Shown here: positions 36,333 through 48,828 of the stretch, in pieces
Numbering within the stretch: the first letter of the stretch is position 1
How the letters are laid out: every line of letters begins with the position of its first letter
NCBI GenBank assembly: GCA_036785375.1
Contig: JAWMAR010000025.1
Coordinates: 2,418,001-2,482,000, forward strand
Length of the DNA stretch: 64,000 nucleotides
Source: Leucoraja ocellata
Lineage: Eukaryota
Direction of reading: 5' to 3'
Made by a program: the position numbers and the translations under genes
The notes under the pieces: generated by a model
Seen by the model: only the letters and a program-made list of their open reading frames with translations
The model's database searches: none
Told to the model about the DNA's origin: nothing

Positions 36333-36726
36333 GTTAAATTGTGATGCATGCATTTAGGTGTATTCTGGGCATTGGAATGGTGTTGCTGTAATTGATGGCT
36401 GAATGTTTTTCAACTACAGTTGATTATTACCCAACCGCAAATCAAAAACTCAGATTCAAATCCAAAAGAGAGTGAAGATGCTGAAAAACAGAATTAAAAA
36501 CAAATGGCTGAAAAAACTGAGCAGGTCAGGCAGCATCTTCAGTGTTGACAAAGCAATCGTTAGTTGAGGTAGCAGAAAAGGTGGGGTTGGGTGATGGGTG
36601 GAAGAAGGGATTTTCTCTGATTTTTAAATAGTGGGGCAGTTAAGATCCATGTTCAGATTCCAAATGATAGTAAATAGAGGATTGTGTATTTCTCACCACA
36701 CTACCTATTCCCCAAAACAGCCTTAG

Positions 36727-36978
<252 letters not shown>

Positions 36979-37101
36979 TAGGGTTCAAGGCTTTGGGAAT
37001 TGATTTGATAATTCAGGTTTACTCTGTAGCTGCTAGTAGATGGAATGGGGAAATTAAAAGGTATTAAATTACTTTACCTAACATGTCATTCATTAACTCC
37101 A

Positions 37102-37295
37102 AGGTAGACACAAAATGTAACTCAGCGGGACAGGGAGCACCTCTGAAGAGAAGCAATGCATGATGCGGTACAGAGATATATCTCAATCCGAAACGCTGCC
37201 CATTCCTTCTCTCCAGAGATGCTGCCTGTCCCGCTGAGTTACTCCAGCATTTTGTGTCTACCTTCGATTTAAACCAGCAGCTGCAGTTCTTTCCT
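37102..37295. mobile_element. Inverted pair of Penelope-derived termini with 14-bp flanking direct repeat
   Basis: ATTCATTAACTCCA at 37088-37101 and 37296-37309. Confidence 0.88.
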
Positions 37296-39404
37296 ATTCA
37301 TTAACTCCATTTTGGTGGAGTAAGATGTTTTTTACAAGGTGAATTAATGACATCATTAGTAAGGAATGCAATGCTGTCAATGTGAAAGGAGGTTAATCAT
37401 GAAGAATTCTGTCATTTGTTTTCCAAACTGTTGAGAGATTTCAGAGTATCAGACATGCAACTAATCATCTGAAAAGCAATTGTAGCTAAAATTAATTTAG
37501 CAGAAGAAAGTATGCACTGTGACTGCAGTTTATTGAGATGTCAGAAATAAAGTGCAGTGAAGGGGTGGTGGAGTTGGAGGGGTGTTGGAGTTGCATTTAT
37601 TTACCCCTTTGGCCACTTGTATGTTTACACTAATCTTTGCTCCAATTTTCCTGATATCTTATTCTAAATTGTCCATTTCCATATCCATTGACTTTATCAG
37701 TCCTTTCTGTTTCAAACTGCCTTTCATTGTAGTGCTGGCAAATCATTTTAAATGGGTGCCCAAGTGTTTCTTCGTCTCTTAAAATATAGCACTTGAATTC
37801 CAGTATCTGGGTCATGAGACCCATTGTTATATGTTGCCTGATAAGATTATCCTACTTGGTTTGGAAGGAAAAGTATGCAGTATGTTACTATATATAAAAA
37901 ACAAAATATTGGAAATATTCAGCTGGTCAGCATTCGAACAGAGAAAAATAGTTAATATCTGAATGACATGCTGCGGCTGAGGAATGTTGGTGTAGTGCAG
38001 CTGCAGTTACATACAAGAGACTCGGCATTCCTGCCTGTTGTTCTATACTGGCCACCTCTCCCTGCCACTTTCAATAAATGTCATTAGATCTGTGAGTATT
38101 ATAGTAAACGGTGTTTCCTTGTATACTTAATTTTGTTATCCATTCTGGGTGATTGAGTCCATGATTTGAGTCTGAAGTCTGTCCTTACAAGGGCATTATC
38201 CGTGTGATCACTGCACAGAGTTGTATGGGGGGAAAAGGAAGGAATTCCAAGAATGTCAGCCCTGCCCAGCAGCTCATGTGACATTCCAGCTGACTGCTTT
38301 GCATGTTGCCATCCCAGATTCCCTGGAGATACCCGAGAGTTGATGAATGGGAAGCGTGTTTAGAAACTGAATGAAGCAGAGTTCAGTCGCCTGACTGCAG
38401 TGTAACCTAATTCCCATATTGCACAGTAAGGGGAGCCCAACTGCATTCTTAAGGCAGTGACAAGTCACTAAGCAGGAGGGGAATCCCCTGACTGAGCAGG
38501 GTGAAAAGGTGAAACAGAGCTGGGTGTAAATAAGGCTAACCTTCTGTTGATCTTCCCTGCTCACATTTAATGAACAGCAGCGTGAATCATCAAGACTATT
38601 GTAGTACCTGAGAGCACTTGATTATGAGCACAGTATTGTACACCAATCATAGACGTCTGTATCTGAGCAGCACCATCTATGACATGTCACAATGATCTTG
38701 TCTGAACAGAAGAATGCATGAGAATAATGATCAACACCATTGTTACTGCTTTCATTGATTGTCCTTCAAATGAATTGTATCTGAACACAATATTTAAATA
38801 TACCTGTATATGATTTTTGAATATTTTTCATATTGAATTGATTATATTTGTCTGAGTTCATGTCTTCCCGATCTGAGGAATAGGTTAGATTGTTAACTAC
38901 AGATCGTATCCCACCTCTTTTCACAACACAATGCACACCTCCCGGCGAAGTGACAGGCCCAGTCTCTCACAAAAGAGGTCCTGCCACAACAAATTGCCCA
39001 TTGTTCCCCTCTATTGCATACCCTGCCTGGATCTTTGCTCCCTGCATCCACCACTGGTCACACACTCGCCCCTCTGGCCTCTTCTCTCCTTTTTGATATT
39101 TTCGTTTTATTTCCCCACAATCCACCCAATACAAAAATCTCTGGGTTTTGAACCCTCCACATTTATCCGAGTCCAAACTCCTCCAGTCTATTCCTTCTGC
39201 TCATCTTGCCTCCCCACTCACTGATCACCCATTTATTCTCTCTTAACCTTTCTCTTCAGTCCCCTCCTGTCCTGTCCTCCTTCATCCCTGTTCTCCAAGC
39301 CTTTTCCTCTTGTCAGCTCGCACAATCATGTCATAGTTTTACATTGTTCCTGAGCCATTGACTCCCCCATTTGATGCTAACATGTGATCTTTTTTTTATT
39401 GCAG

Positions 39405-39537
39405 CTGGTTCAGGTTCACTGCAGGGCCCTCAGACCCCACAGTCCACCAGCAGCTCAATGGCAGAAGGAGGAGATTTAAAACCACCAACGCCCGTCTCAA
39501 CACCCCATAGCCATATGCAGCCAATGCCAGGATCCAG
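39405..39537 (+). CDS. ARID1A: ARID1A exon 13 equivalent (133 nt)
   Basis: ttgcag|CT...CCAG|gtaaat; [45 protein letters not shown]. Confidence 0.96.
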
Positions 39538-39705
39538 GTAAATAAGATAGTCATGTATGAGGTACCAGTTCATGTTGAACAACCTGAATGAAAATCTCAA
39601 TGCATTCACGTTTCTTGAAATTGTTGATTGTGGGCAACTGCAATAGTGATGGAGTTGTGTTTACTTCGCTTCATCAATTCCCAAAGCAAAGGTTGATAGA
39701 GTGAG

Positions 39706-39798
39706 ATAGACACAGAAAGCTGGAGTAACTCAGTGGGAAAAGCAGCATCTCTGGAGAGAAGGAATGGGCGACGTTTTGGGTCGAGACCTTTATTCAGA
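39706..39798 (-). mobile_element. Solo Penelope-derived terminus
   Basis: AGACACAGAAAGCTGGAGTAACTCAG...GACGTTTTGGGTCGAGACCTTTATTCAGA. Confidence 0.8.
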
Positions 39799-40054
39799 GC
39801 TGGCAACTCGGAGGAAAGATGATGCTTTTATGATGCAGAGATGCACTAGCGCTAAGTGTAGTTAGCATATTTGAATGATAGATAGCCCAATGGAATGGAG
39901 GGTGTGACCGTCCAGTTACTGGTTGCTTTTCCCACTATCCCATATTACTATCCAATATTAACTAAAGCCATCTGTTTGTCAGTTGCTGTTTGGAAAAACT
40001 TAACAAATTATAAAATATCTGTGTTTATCTAATTTGTGTTTTGTTAACATTCAG

Positions 40055-40227
40055 AAACAACTCTGTGAGTGTCCAGGATCCATTTGCAGACACCAGTGAC
40101 CCGGCTTTCCAAAAGAGGACCGCTGTTCCTCAAAACCCAACCTACCCCCCCAGCATGAATACCACAGACCTAATGGTTCGTATGCCATATGAACCGAACA
40201 AGGATCCATTTGGTGGGATGAGGAAAG
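40055..40227 (+). CDS. ARID1A: ARID1A exon 14 equivalent (173 nt)
   Basis: ttcag|A...AAAG|gtagga; [21 protein letters not shown]...[16 protein letters not shown]. Confidence 0.95.
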
Positions 40228-41867
40228 GTAGGAGTAATGTTTTAAGATTAATTTCCTAAAATAGAAACATTTTATGAAATGACCAATGAACTTGGTTTAC
40301 AGGTTGAATTTATTTTTGCCACTATCTCAGAGGTATTGATCTTGTAATGCCTGGTAAATCGTGTTCTTGCAGGTTGTCGTATTTTCATCTGTCATGCTCA
40401 AATTCATAGCTTAAAAACCAAGGTGTACAATCTATTTTGGTCTTGATGGAATTAGGAAACAAAGGAGAGGAAATAGAAGTGAACTTACAGTAGAGGCCCC
40501 AACAGTAGTTTTGTGTCAAACTAATTAGGATAGGAGAGGTCAATGTCGAAGTCCAAGTAATCACAAGAGACTTTAATTTGTTCTGGTGTTGGTTCTTACA
40601 AAATATAAATGCTAGTTTTCAGAAGAAATCCTATACTTTTCAGACCCATCATCAGCCTATTTCTAGCTCACAATCGTCTAGTCCTTGAAGTTGCAATGAT
40701 CATCCTCTGCACAAAACTCCTGCGAATATGGAACTACCCCAGTAATATACTCCACTACTTGTTCTGCAACTGGTTCAACTACTGAAATTAAACATTATAC
40801 TTGCTGTTTGACATTAACATCAGCTGTATGACAGGATATGTACATGGGTGAGGATGTGAGGTGAAATAGGTTTTTGGCTATGGGCATTAGCTCACCATTT
40901 GACACAGGCTAGGTCGGCATTGTCTCCTTGGAGGTTTTTTAAACAATTTTAACAAATGTAAACAATTTTCCAAAGGATCAATGAAAGGGAAAATATAATA
41001 TGATAAAATGGTTAATACTTCTGTTGCATGGCTCCAAGTTTGATCCTGACCTTGGGTGAATGCTCGGGAGTTTTTCCCATGACTGCGTGGAATTCTCTGA
41101 TTATTATTTTTTCCCCACCTCCCATAATGATATCTTAACAGACTTATGTAAACTACCCTGTAAGTTAATATTGGTCCATGACTATAGTGATGCTTGTGGC
41201 TGCCACAAAATCCTGTCCTTGCACCAAGAGCATCCTGCGCTGCTTGGCATCACTACCATTGTCTAACTAGGATAAATCTAGGCAGACCTAGCATCTCAAA
41301 ACTGGGGATCCATGCGATGTTGTCTGTTCCTGCAGCAAATTTCAATCGTATCATAATCTGTAGTACATGGCATGCTCCTTCACTAGAACATTACTTTTAA
41401 TTCGGCATATATCAACCCAAGTTTGAAAGTTAGCGTGTGTCAGGATCAGCATCAGGTGTAACTACAAAGAAAAGCTAACCTGATGAAGTTACTTTTTGAG
41501 ATGCAGAAGAGAGCCATTCAGCCCATCAGGTGCAGGCCGGCTCCCAGCAGAACAGCTGCATTATCTGGATTTCAACAACTTCTCTCCCCCGTGACCATCA
41601 TCTGTCCTTTTATTGCGTTACTATTTATCCATACCTGATGAACTCTAGTGCCACTATACTATTATTGCAGCTTAGAGCATTGTCCTAACTAGGTAAAATG
41701 ACGTGCCATCAATAAATAAAACTAAGAAATCTTGCAGCCGATTGATCTAATAATACATTTTCACAATTTCAGTTCAGGATGGTAGAGTTAAGACAGCAGC
41801 CATGATCGTTTTGACCTTCAGAGCCAGCTGATTCCCTCTTCTTTGTAATGTATCTTTCTGCCTATAG

Positions 41868-42000
41868 CTCCTGGACAAGATCCTTTCATGTCAACTGGAC
41901 CCTCTCCCAATGCTGGAATGGGAGACCCTTACAATCGCCCTCCTGCAACAGGAATGGGGCCACGTCAGCAGTATGCATATGGATCTGGATTTGAAAGGAG
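41868..42000 (+). CDS. ARID1A: ARID1A exon 15 equivalent (133 nt)
   Basis: ctatag|CT...GGAG|gtaaat; [45 protein letters not shown]. Confidence 0.93.
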
Positions 42001-42039
42001 GTAAATGTTTGGAGTAACAAACACTAACATACTCTGCTT

Positions 42040-42410
42040 GGAGTGTAGGATTCTGAGGGTTCATGAGGTTTATGAATAAAGTGAATACTCAGTCTTTTCC
42101 CCTCAGGGTAGAGGACTCTAAAACTAGAGGGGACAGTTTTAGTGAGAGGAGAAAGTTATAAGAGAGATCTCTGCAACTTTTTCCATTCAGGATAGTCCGT
42201 ATCTGAAATGAGCTACCAAAGGAAACTATAAAAGTAGATACAATTATTACTTTTAAAAGACATTTAGACAGATGCAGATAGGATGGATTTAGACAGCTAT
42301 GGGCCAAATGTAGAGAAATGAGACAACCTCAGCATGCCAACTTGATCAGCATGGACAAACAAGGTCGATCAAACGTATTGTTTCCGTGCTGTGGAGCTCT
42401 ATGAATCTTG
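42040..42410 (+). mobile_element. CR1 LINE 3' fragment
   Basis: CTAAAACTAGAGGG...GAGCTACCA...TTTAAAAGACATTTAGACAG...TTTCCGTGCTGT tail. Confidence 0.75.
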
Positions 42411-43333
42411 ACTCCATAACTTCCTCTGGGGTTAACTGTTAATTGCTAAAGGTAACCAAAGTTACACTTAATTTATGAAGTTGAACTAATTTATTATAAA
42501 TACTTTGCCACGGCTAATACAGGATTGCATCCAATATATTTTGATTAGGCCATTCTGTTAAATAAACTGCTCATAATTTTTATAAATCATTTTAGTGTCT
42601 ATTCTGTTTCCTCGGTTCCTCGGTAAATCAACTGTAGTGTGTTTGCACTTTTTTTATTGCTGGATTTTTCCACTCCTGAAAATGTCCTCATTAATTTGCT
42701 CCGTGCCCACTTCAGTGCAAGCATGTTTTCACGCGCAAAGTTTTAGCATATGCATCCCACTCTTGCATGGCTCTTTGTCATGCCTATGAAAGGAATGCAT
42801 CCAGAATGTTTTTAACTACCATATTGACCTATCCTGCTTTCTTTGAGAATCTGTAGACTTGCATTTCAAGGTCCCCTTTTCTCTGCACTACTTAATGTCC
42901 TCTTATTTATCGTATATTCCCAAGGCTTTTTGTACTTCCCAAATGTTTACCTCACATTGGGACTAAATTCCTTATCCTACTTTTCTGTCCAACAAATGGG
43001 ACACTTTCTCACTTCCTGCAGCCTGAAGCTTTCTTCCTCTATAATTCACACAGCCAATATTTTATCTTGTATGCAATTTTCTCTACCATGTCTTCTTTTA
43101 AGTCTTAAATCACAAATGTATTACAGAAACCAAATGCTAAAGCACTGAGTAAGATGAATCTTGAATTGTCTCCTGCAGCAGACATTGGTTTTGCAAAATG
43201 TATCCCCAGAGTTTCATTATTCTTTAGGTTCCAATTCTTGTCAGTTGATGGTGGAATGTTGTATCTAGAATGTTTCTAACCTGCCCTCTCAACCACTTTA
43301 ATCTTGTGCTTTCCTTCAACTTTATTTACTTAG

Positions 43334-43438
43334 GTCAGAACATGGAATGGGCCCAGAGGGGACAGTACAACCTAGTGTGGTGTCAGTCAATGCAGATTCC
43401 AGCATGTATTCTCCAAATCGTTACCAAGCTCAGCAGCG
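43334..43438 (+). CDS. ARID1A: ARID1A exon 16 equivalent (105 nt)
   Basis: cttag|G...CAGCG|gtaagt; SEHGMGPEGTVQPSVVSVNADSSMYSPNRYQAQQR. Confidence 0.92.
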
Positions 43439-43985
43439 GTAAGTGTGGAATGCTTAAGTTTCTTAAAAGTGGAATGTTTTTTGCAAATGCTACATTCAGA
43501 ATGTCGTATCTTTTAATCAGAAATCTCTGCTGAAAGTTAAGTGTGGTAGATGATTTCCGTAAGTTAAGAAGAAGAGCCAGCAATTTTTAGATAGCATAAT
43601 GTGTTATTTCTTTAATTCTGCTTTTTACCACTGAGGTGGTATTTTTGTCAAACTGTGAGCCATTGGTTAAGGACCAATTTACAATTCCTTATCAATCAGC
43701 TGTAGAAATGCATTAGGGCCAGGGTAGTGCCAAACAGAAACACAATCCTTTTAAGTCTGGAAATTACTGCATGTAAAAGGATCAGAAATATTCATGGTGG
43801 ACAGTCTTTTCCTAACTTGCAGTTCTCCCCCAGCAGGCCAATTATCACTAGATGGTCTGCTCAATACTTCCTACCAAGAATTAACATTTCAAGTAGAAAA
43901 CTCGAGTGGGAGTTATTTTGTCAGTGTTGTGTTACAGCTACTAATTTTGATTTTACTCTTGCTTTTCCACAAACCATAAAACCAG

Positions 43986-44079
43986 GCATGATCCTTATGG
44001 AAGTCAGTACTCTGGACAGGGAGCTCCAGCTGGACAGTCTTATTCTAACCAACAACCTGGAATGTTTCCGCAACAGCAA
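43986..44079 (+). CDS. ARID1A: ARID1A exon 17 equivalent (94 nt)
   Basis: accag|G...CAA|gtaagt; HDPYGSQYSGQGAPAGQSYSNQQPGMFPQQQ; phases fit neighbours (2 to 0). Confidence 0.9.
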
Positions 44080-44610
44080 GTAAGTACCCTGGTCTTTTGG
44101 GCTGATTAAATTCAGCATGGAATTCTGGCATAAAAAAACAGAAGGACATGTTAGTCTGGTCAGCCTCGACCAAATAGCTCCTGTTTTTAAATGTTGCCAT
44201 TTGTTGAAGCAGTTTATACCAGTAGTATGCTGTAGTTGGTCATCTTCAGATGTACTTCGGTTCCAGTGCTCACATAACAGGTTTGTATGTCGCTTAATGG
44301 TTATTAGCAAAATAGAGCAGAGGAAATCTAATCTACATTAGTCGGGCTAATCCTCCCTGAATATCTCCCGATACACACACAGCCATCTGTACTGATGTAA
44401 TCAGACTTTCAGAAAAACTCTTAGCCATTAGTTAACCCATTGTTGCTGAACTGAGCTGGAAGTGAAATGTATCTAATAAGTTTGATATATCTTTGCGTCA
44501 GTTTATGTACTTTGGCATGCTCTACATCAGTGGAGCATAGATGAAATGAATGGAGATTATCCACTTTGAACATGAGAAAAACGAATAGGAATATTTTAAG
44601 GGTAGAAGAA

Positions 44611-44905
44611 AAGCGCAGCTGCCAGAGTTACCACTTCATGGCGCCAGAGATCCAGTTCCATCCTGTCTGTGGAGTTTGCACGTTCTCCCTGTGACTGCAG
44701 ATTTTCTCCCGGTGCTCTGGTTTTCTCCCACGTCCCAAAGACAAGGGGGGTTTGTAGGTTAATTGGCCTCTGTAGATTGACCCTAGTGTGTAGGGTGTGG
44801 ATGAGAAAGTGGGATGATATAAAACTAGTGTGAGCGGCTAATCGATGGTTGGTCTGGACTCAAAGGGACAACGGGCCTGTTTCCATTCTGCATCTCTAAC
44901 CTAAA
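44611..44905 (+). mobile_element. tRNA-derived SINE (same family)
   Basis: GGAGTTTGCACGTTCTCCCTGTGAC...GTAGGTTAATTGGC...GGGCCTGTTTCC. Confidence 0.8.
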
Positions 44906-45292
44906 TTCTAATAAACTAATTGTTATGGGGAAATTAGTAGATTTAGATGCTGAGTTTTACAAAGCATTAAATGCTAATTTTATTTATTATTATTATGTGT
45001 ACTGAGGTACAGTGAAATGCATTTTTTTGTTACGTACTATCCAGTCAACAAAAAGACTATACATGATTACCATCAGTGTGCAGAGACAGAAAGGGTATAG
45101 CAAGATACAGTCCAGTAAAGTCCGATTAAAGATAGTTTGAAGGTGTCCATTGAGATAGACGGGAAGTCAGGACCGCTCTCTGGTTAGTGATGGGATGGTT
45201 CAGTTGCCTGATACCAGCTGTGCACAGATAGGAAGAACAATGACCAACTGTTTATCTCAAAGGAATTTCTCAATGGAGAGGAAGTGACTTAA

Positions 45293-45348
45293 GTAGGGTA
45301 ACTTAGCAAGGGTAGGGCAACTTAGCAAGGGTAGGGTAACTTAGCAAG
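45293..45348. repeat. 19-bp tandem repeat x3
   Basis: GTAGGGTAACTTAGCAAGG / GTAGGGCAACTTAGCAAGG / GTAGGGTAACTTAGCAAG. Confidence 0.9.
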
Positions 45349-45349
45349 T

Positions 45350-45510
45350 TAGTCAGCATCCCTGGAAAACATGGAAAGGTGACGCTTCGGGTCTGGACTC
45401 TTCAGTCTGAAGAAGAGTCCTGAGCCGAAACGTCACTTATCTATCTTCTCCAGGGATTCTGCCTGACCTGCTGAATTTCTTGTTTTGTGAACCAGCATCT
45501 GCAGTTTTTT
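45350..45510. mobile_element. Inverted pair of Penelope-derived termini
   Basis: GGTGACGCTTCGGG...CTTCAGTCTGAAGAAG...GAAACGTCAC...CCAGCATCTGCAGTT. Confidence 0.75.
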
Positions 45511-46345
45511 CTCCAAAGGAAAGGAAGTATTACTTCATACGTAGTGCCCAACAAAGTTTCTTGACTTTTGTTTTGGAAAGTTCAATTTAAGAATATATCA
45601 GCGAAGGAGGATTGATATATATATTTTTAGAAAGTTAACCAAAGCTCCAGGAATTAAGAAGACATGCTGTAAGATTGCAACTTGTATTTCCTTAAATTTG
45701 ATGGATGATCTGATGCTATTAAAAATTATAAATGCAGGTCAGCCAAATCAGTGGTGGGGGAATATAGTGCACGGGATATAATTTTCACAAGTAAAGTTAG
45801 AACAAACATTTTTTACATAAGATGATGAAGTGTGAAAAGCTTTCCCTAAATAATTTAATGCTGTGGATTAGTTACACATTTCAAGACTGGACTATAAATT
45901 GGAGGGAAATAATTATGGTTGAGGGACCTTTCCCATTTTACAAATACAGGGTAGTAGAAAGTTTAATTGGGGCACAATTACTTACAGTGCAGTTCAGCAA
46001 TTGGCTGCAATCTGCCAATTTGCACAATAGATATTATTCATAGCTGAGGGAGTGAACTAATCGTTCAGGAGAGAAAATGAGGCCAAACCTCAAAACATAG
46101 CCAAACATTCCTACAATATAAACACTCGTTTCTTTAGAGCCTACTTTATTATGGGGGTTTGGGGATTAAATTCCTTAAGTACCTAAAGTTAATGAAGTGA
46201 TTTTTCAGCAAGATTAAGTTACTAGATTAAATGATCTCTGCATTGCACAGTTGCCTATTTATAAGGTTCAGATTTTATGCTGCAAGAATCATTTTATTTG
46301 TAAGAAATGTAAGAAATCTGAACACTCTTGTATAATTTTTGTCAG

Positions 46346-47138
46346 AACTTCAAGCGACAAATGGATGGAACGTATGGGCCTCCGGCCAAGAGGCACGAGG
46401 GTGAAATATATGGAATGGCCTACACTGCCCAGCAATCGCAGCAAGATATGTATAACCAGTATAGCAATGCCTATCCAGGTACTGATCGCCGGCCAGTGCA
46501 GAATCAGTTTCCATTTCAGTATGGCAGAGAGAGAATGCAAGGTCCCCCTGGTGCAACCACTTCACAGCCAGTGCCCTCACAGATGATGGGAGGTCCATTG
46601 CAGTCACCACCAGAAGGACCACAAGGAACGGTGTGGCCGGGGCGAAATGACATGACGTACAACTATCCCAACCGACAAGGTCCTGGCACTCCACCACAAG
46701 CTCCAGCATATCACAGCATGAATCGTTCCGAGGAGATGATTGGACCTGATCAGAGAATGAACCATGAAGGCCAATGGGCTTCCCATGTTAACCAGCGTCA
46801 GCAATCTTTCACCCCTTCTGCACCTCTTCCACCAATTACAAGACCATCACAGTCCACCTACCAAACTCCTCCGTCAGTGCCAAATCATATTTCCCAAGTG
46901 TCCAGTCCAGCTCCCATGCAGAGACCACTGGAAAACCGCACTTCACCCAGCAAATCGCCATTTATCTATTCAGGAATGAAGATGCAAAAAGTTGGACCCC
47001 CCATGCCTGCATCTCATATTTCTGGGCCCTCTGCGCAGCCACCACTGATAAGACGAGACATCACGTTCCCTCCTGGTTCAGTTGAAGCATCTCAACCAGC
47101 CCTGAAATCTCGCCGGAGACTCACCACCAAGGACGTTG
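46346..47138 (+). CDS. ARID1A: ARID1A exon 18 equivalent (793 nt)
   Basis: gtcag|AAC...GTTG|gtaagt; [20 protein letters not shown]...[11 protein letters not shown]...[16 protein letters not shown]...RRRLTTKDV. Confidence 0.97.
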
Positions 47139-48697
47139 GTAAGTGATATTAAAATGGTAGTAGTCATTGCTCGGGTCAATTAGATTGGGAGCTCTTTCCT
47201 AATACTAAATTAAGTCCCAAGTAAAATGGAACTTGTTCCCCCCCCCCCCCCCCCCCCCCCGTGATTTTGGTATTTAGGTATTTTGGAATAAGATTTTAGT
47301 TAATTCATCAGACCTTTGATTTGATATGACACAGGTTAAATGCGCAGTTCAATATGTCCATTGTGTTCATTCCGGGTAAGCTTCTCAGTTTAAGATTCTG
47401 TGTTTGCCGTTAACTGTGGTGGTTTATAACCATATAACAATTACAGCACGGAAACAGGCCATCTCGACCCTTCTAGTCCGTGCCGAACACATAATCTCCC
47501 CTAGTCCCATATACCTGCGCTCAGGCCATAACCCTCCATTCCCTTCCCATCCATATAACTATCCAATTTATTTTTAATTTGCTGTATCTTTAAATGTAGC
47601 CCAGTCAGCTTGCATTTGTGGCACATTTTACTTTCTTTGAAAGATGCACTGTTAATAGTTATATTTTCTGTACACTTAATAATGCTTTAAATTTGAAATG
47701 AGCGAGCAATAAACTAACTTTGTTATTTTAACACGTGTTTAGAGTCTGATGTTGCTGTGACATTGATGTTACTCTATGACCTTTGGTACAAGTGACATCC
47801 TTTCTTGGATCTACCTCCATCGAGGAATTTCCTGTAGATCTGGACAACAGATTCTGATTAAGGTTATCTGGCTTAGTGCTGCTGCTGCAAGCCTGGCCCT
47901 ATACCCTCCACAAAGCCAGATGTGAAGTTAGAGGAGTTCAGGACTACTAGAATTTATTTTGCTTCCCTTAGCTCAACATTTCAAGAAAAATTAGTTGTGG
48001 AGCAAGTCTGGTGTAAGGATTCTGGGAAAAGAGCCAGCGCAGGTTTAGTGGGTCAAGTGGGTGCCTCCAATACCACATCCTGTCAGTTGACCAAACAAAA
48101 TAGTATTAATATCTCATTTGTTAAGAGGTTTTAAGTTATTGAGTGAAGTGGTCTGCTGGGCGATTTGAGAAGTAGTTGGTTCATATTCAGATGGGATTTT
48201 GACCTTGTAGAAAATGGAAAAAAGGGGAGATACCCTTTGTTCTGAGTTCTGAGAATTCACGAGTTAATATGGAGATGGAATGATGCATTGTACAATGAAG
48301 ATACAAAGTCAAGAAAAATAAAGCATCTGTGGGCTTGAAGAGAACAACACAAGAATGTTTTATCTTGAGTATCTTTGCCATAAGCATTGTGATGTTCAAT
48401 GATAACGTAGTCACTTCCACACATTCGGGTGAAGGAACAATCCTATCCAGTAAACCATGCTGCGGAGAAACAGGGTCTGATTTTTCGGCAAAGTTTGGGA
48501 TTGAAATCAGATGGATCAGGTGGTTCCTGCACATTTGAATTATAAATCTGTCTTTCGAGCAGTAATATTGGACCATAGTATTAAAATGTAGAAGGAGAGA
48601 TATTGCAATAATGTGTAATGCATGTGTTGGACATGTGTTAATGTGGTGGGTCTTTCCCAGATTGTGGTTTCAGCATCATTCTTTGTTCCATTCCCAG

Positions 48698-48828
48698 GCA
48701 CCCCAGAGGCTTGGCGGGTGATGATGTCCCTTAAATCTGGCCTCCTGGCTGAAAGTACATGGGCCTTGGACACCATTAATATTTTATTGTACGATGATAG
48801 CAGTGTAGCCACCTTCACGTTATCTCAG
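48698..48828 (+). CDS. ARID1A: ARID1A exon 19 equivalent (131 nt)
   Basis: cccag|GC...CAG|gtaagt; [44 protein letters not shown]. Confidence 0.98.

Noticed and set aside
45293-45348. CRISPR-like or telomeric array
   Set aside because: No spacers, eukaryotic intron, and not true TTAGGG repeats
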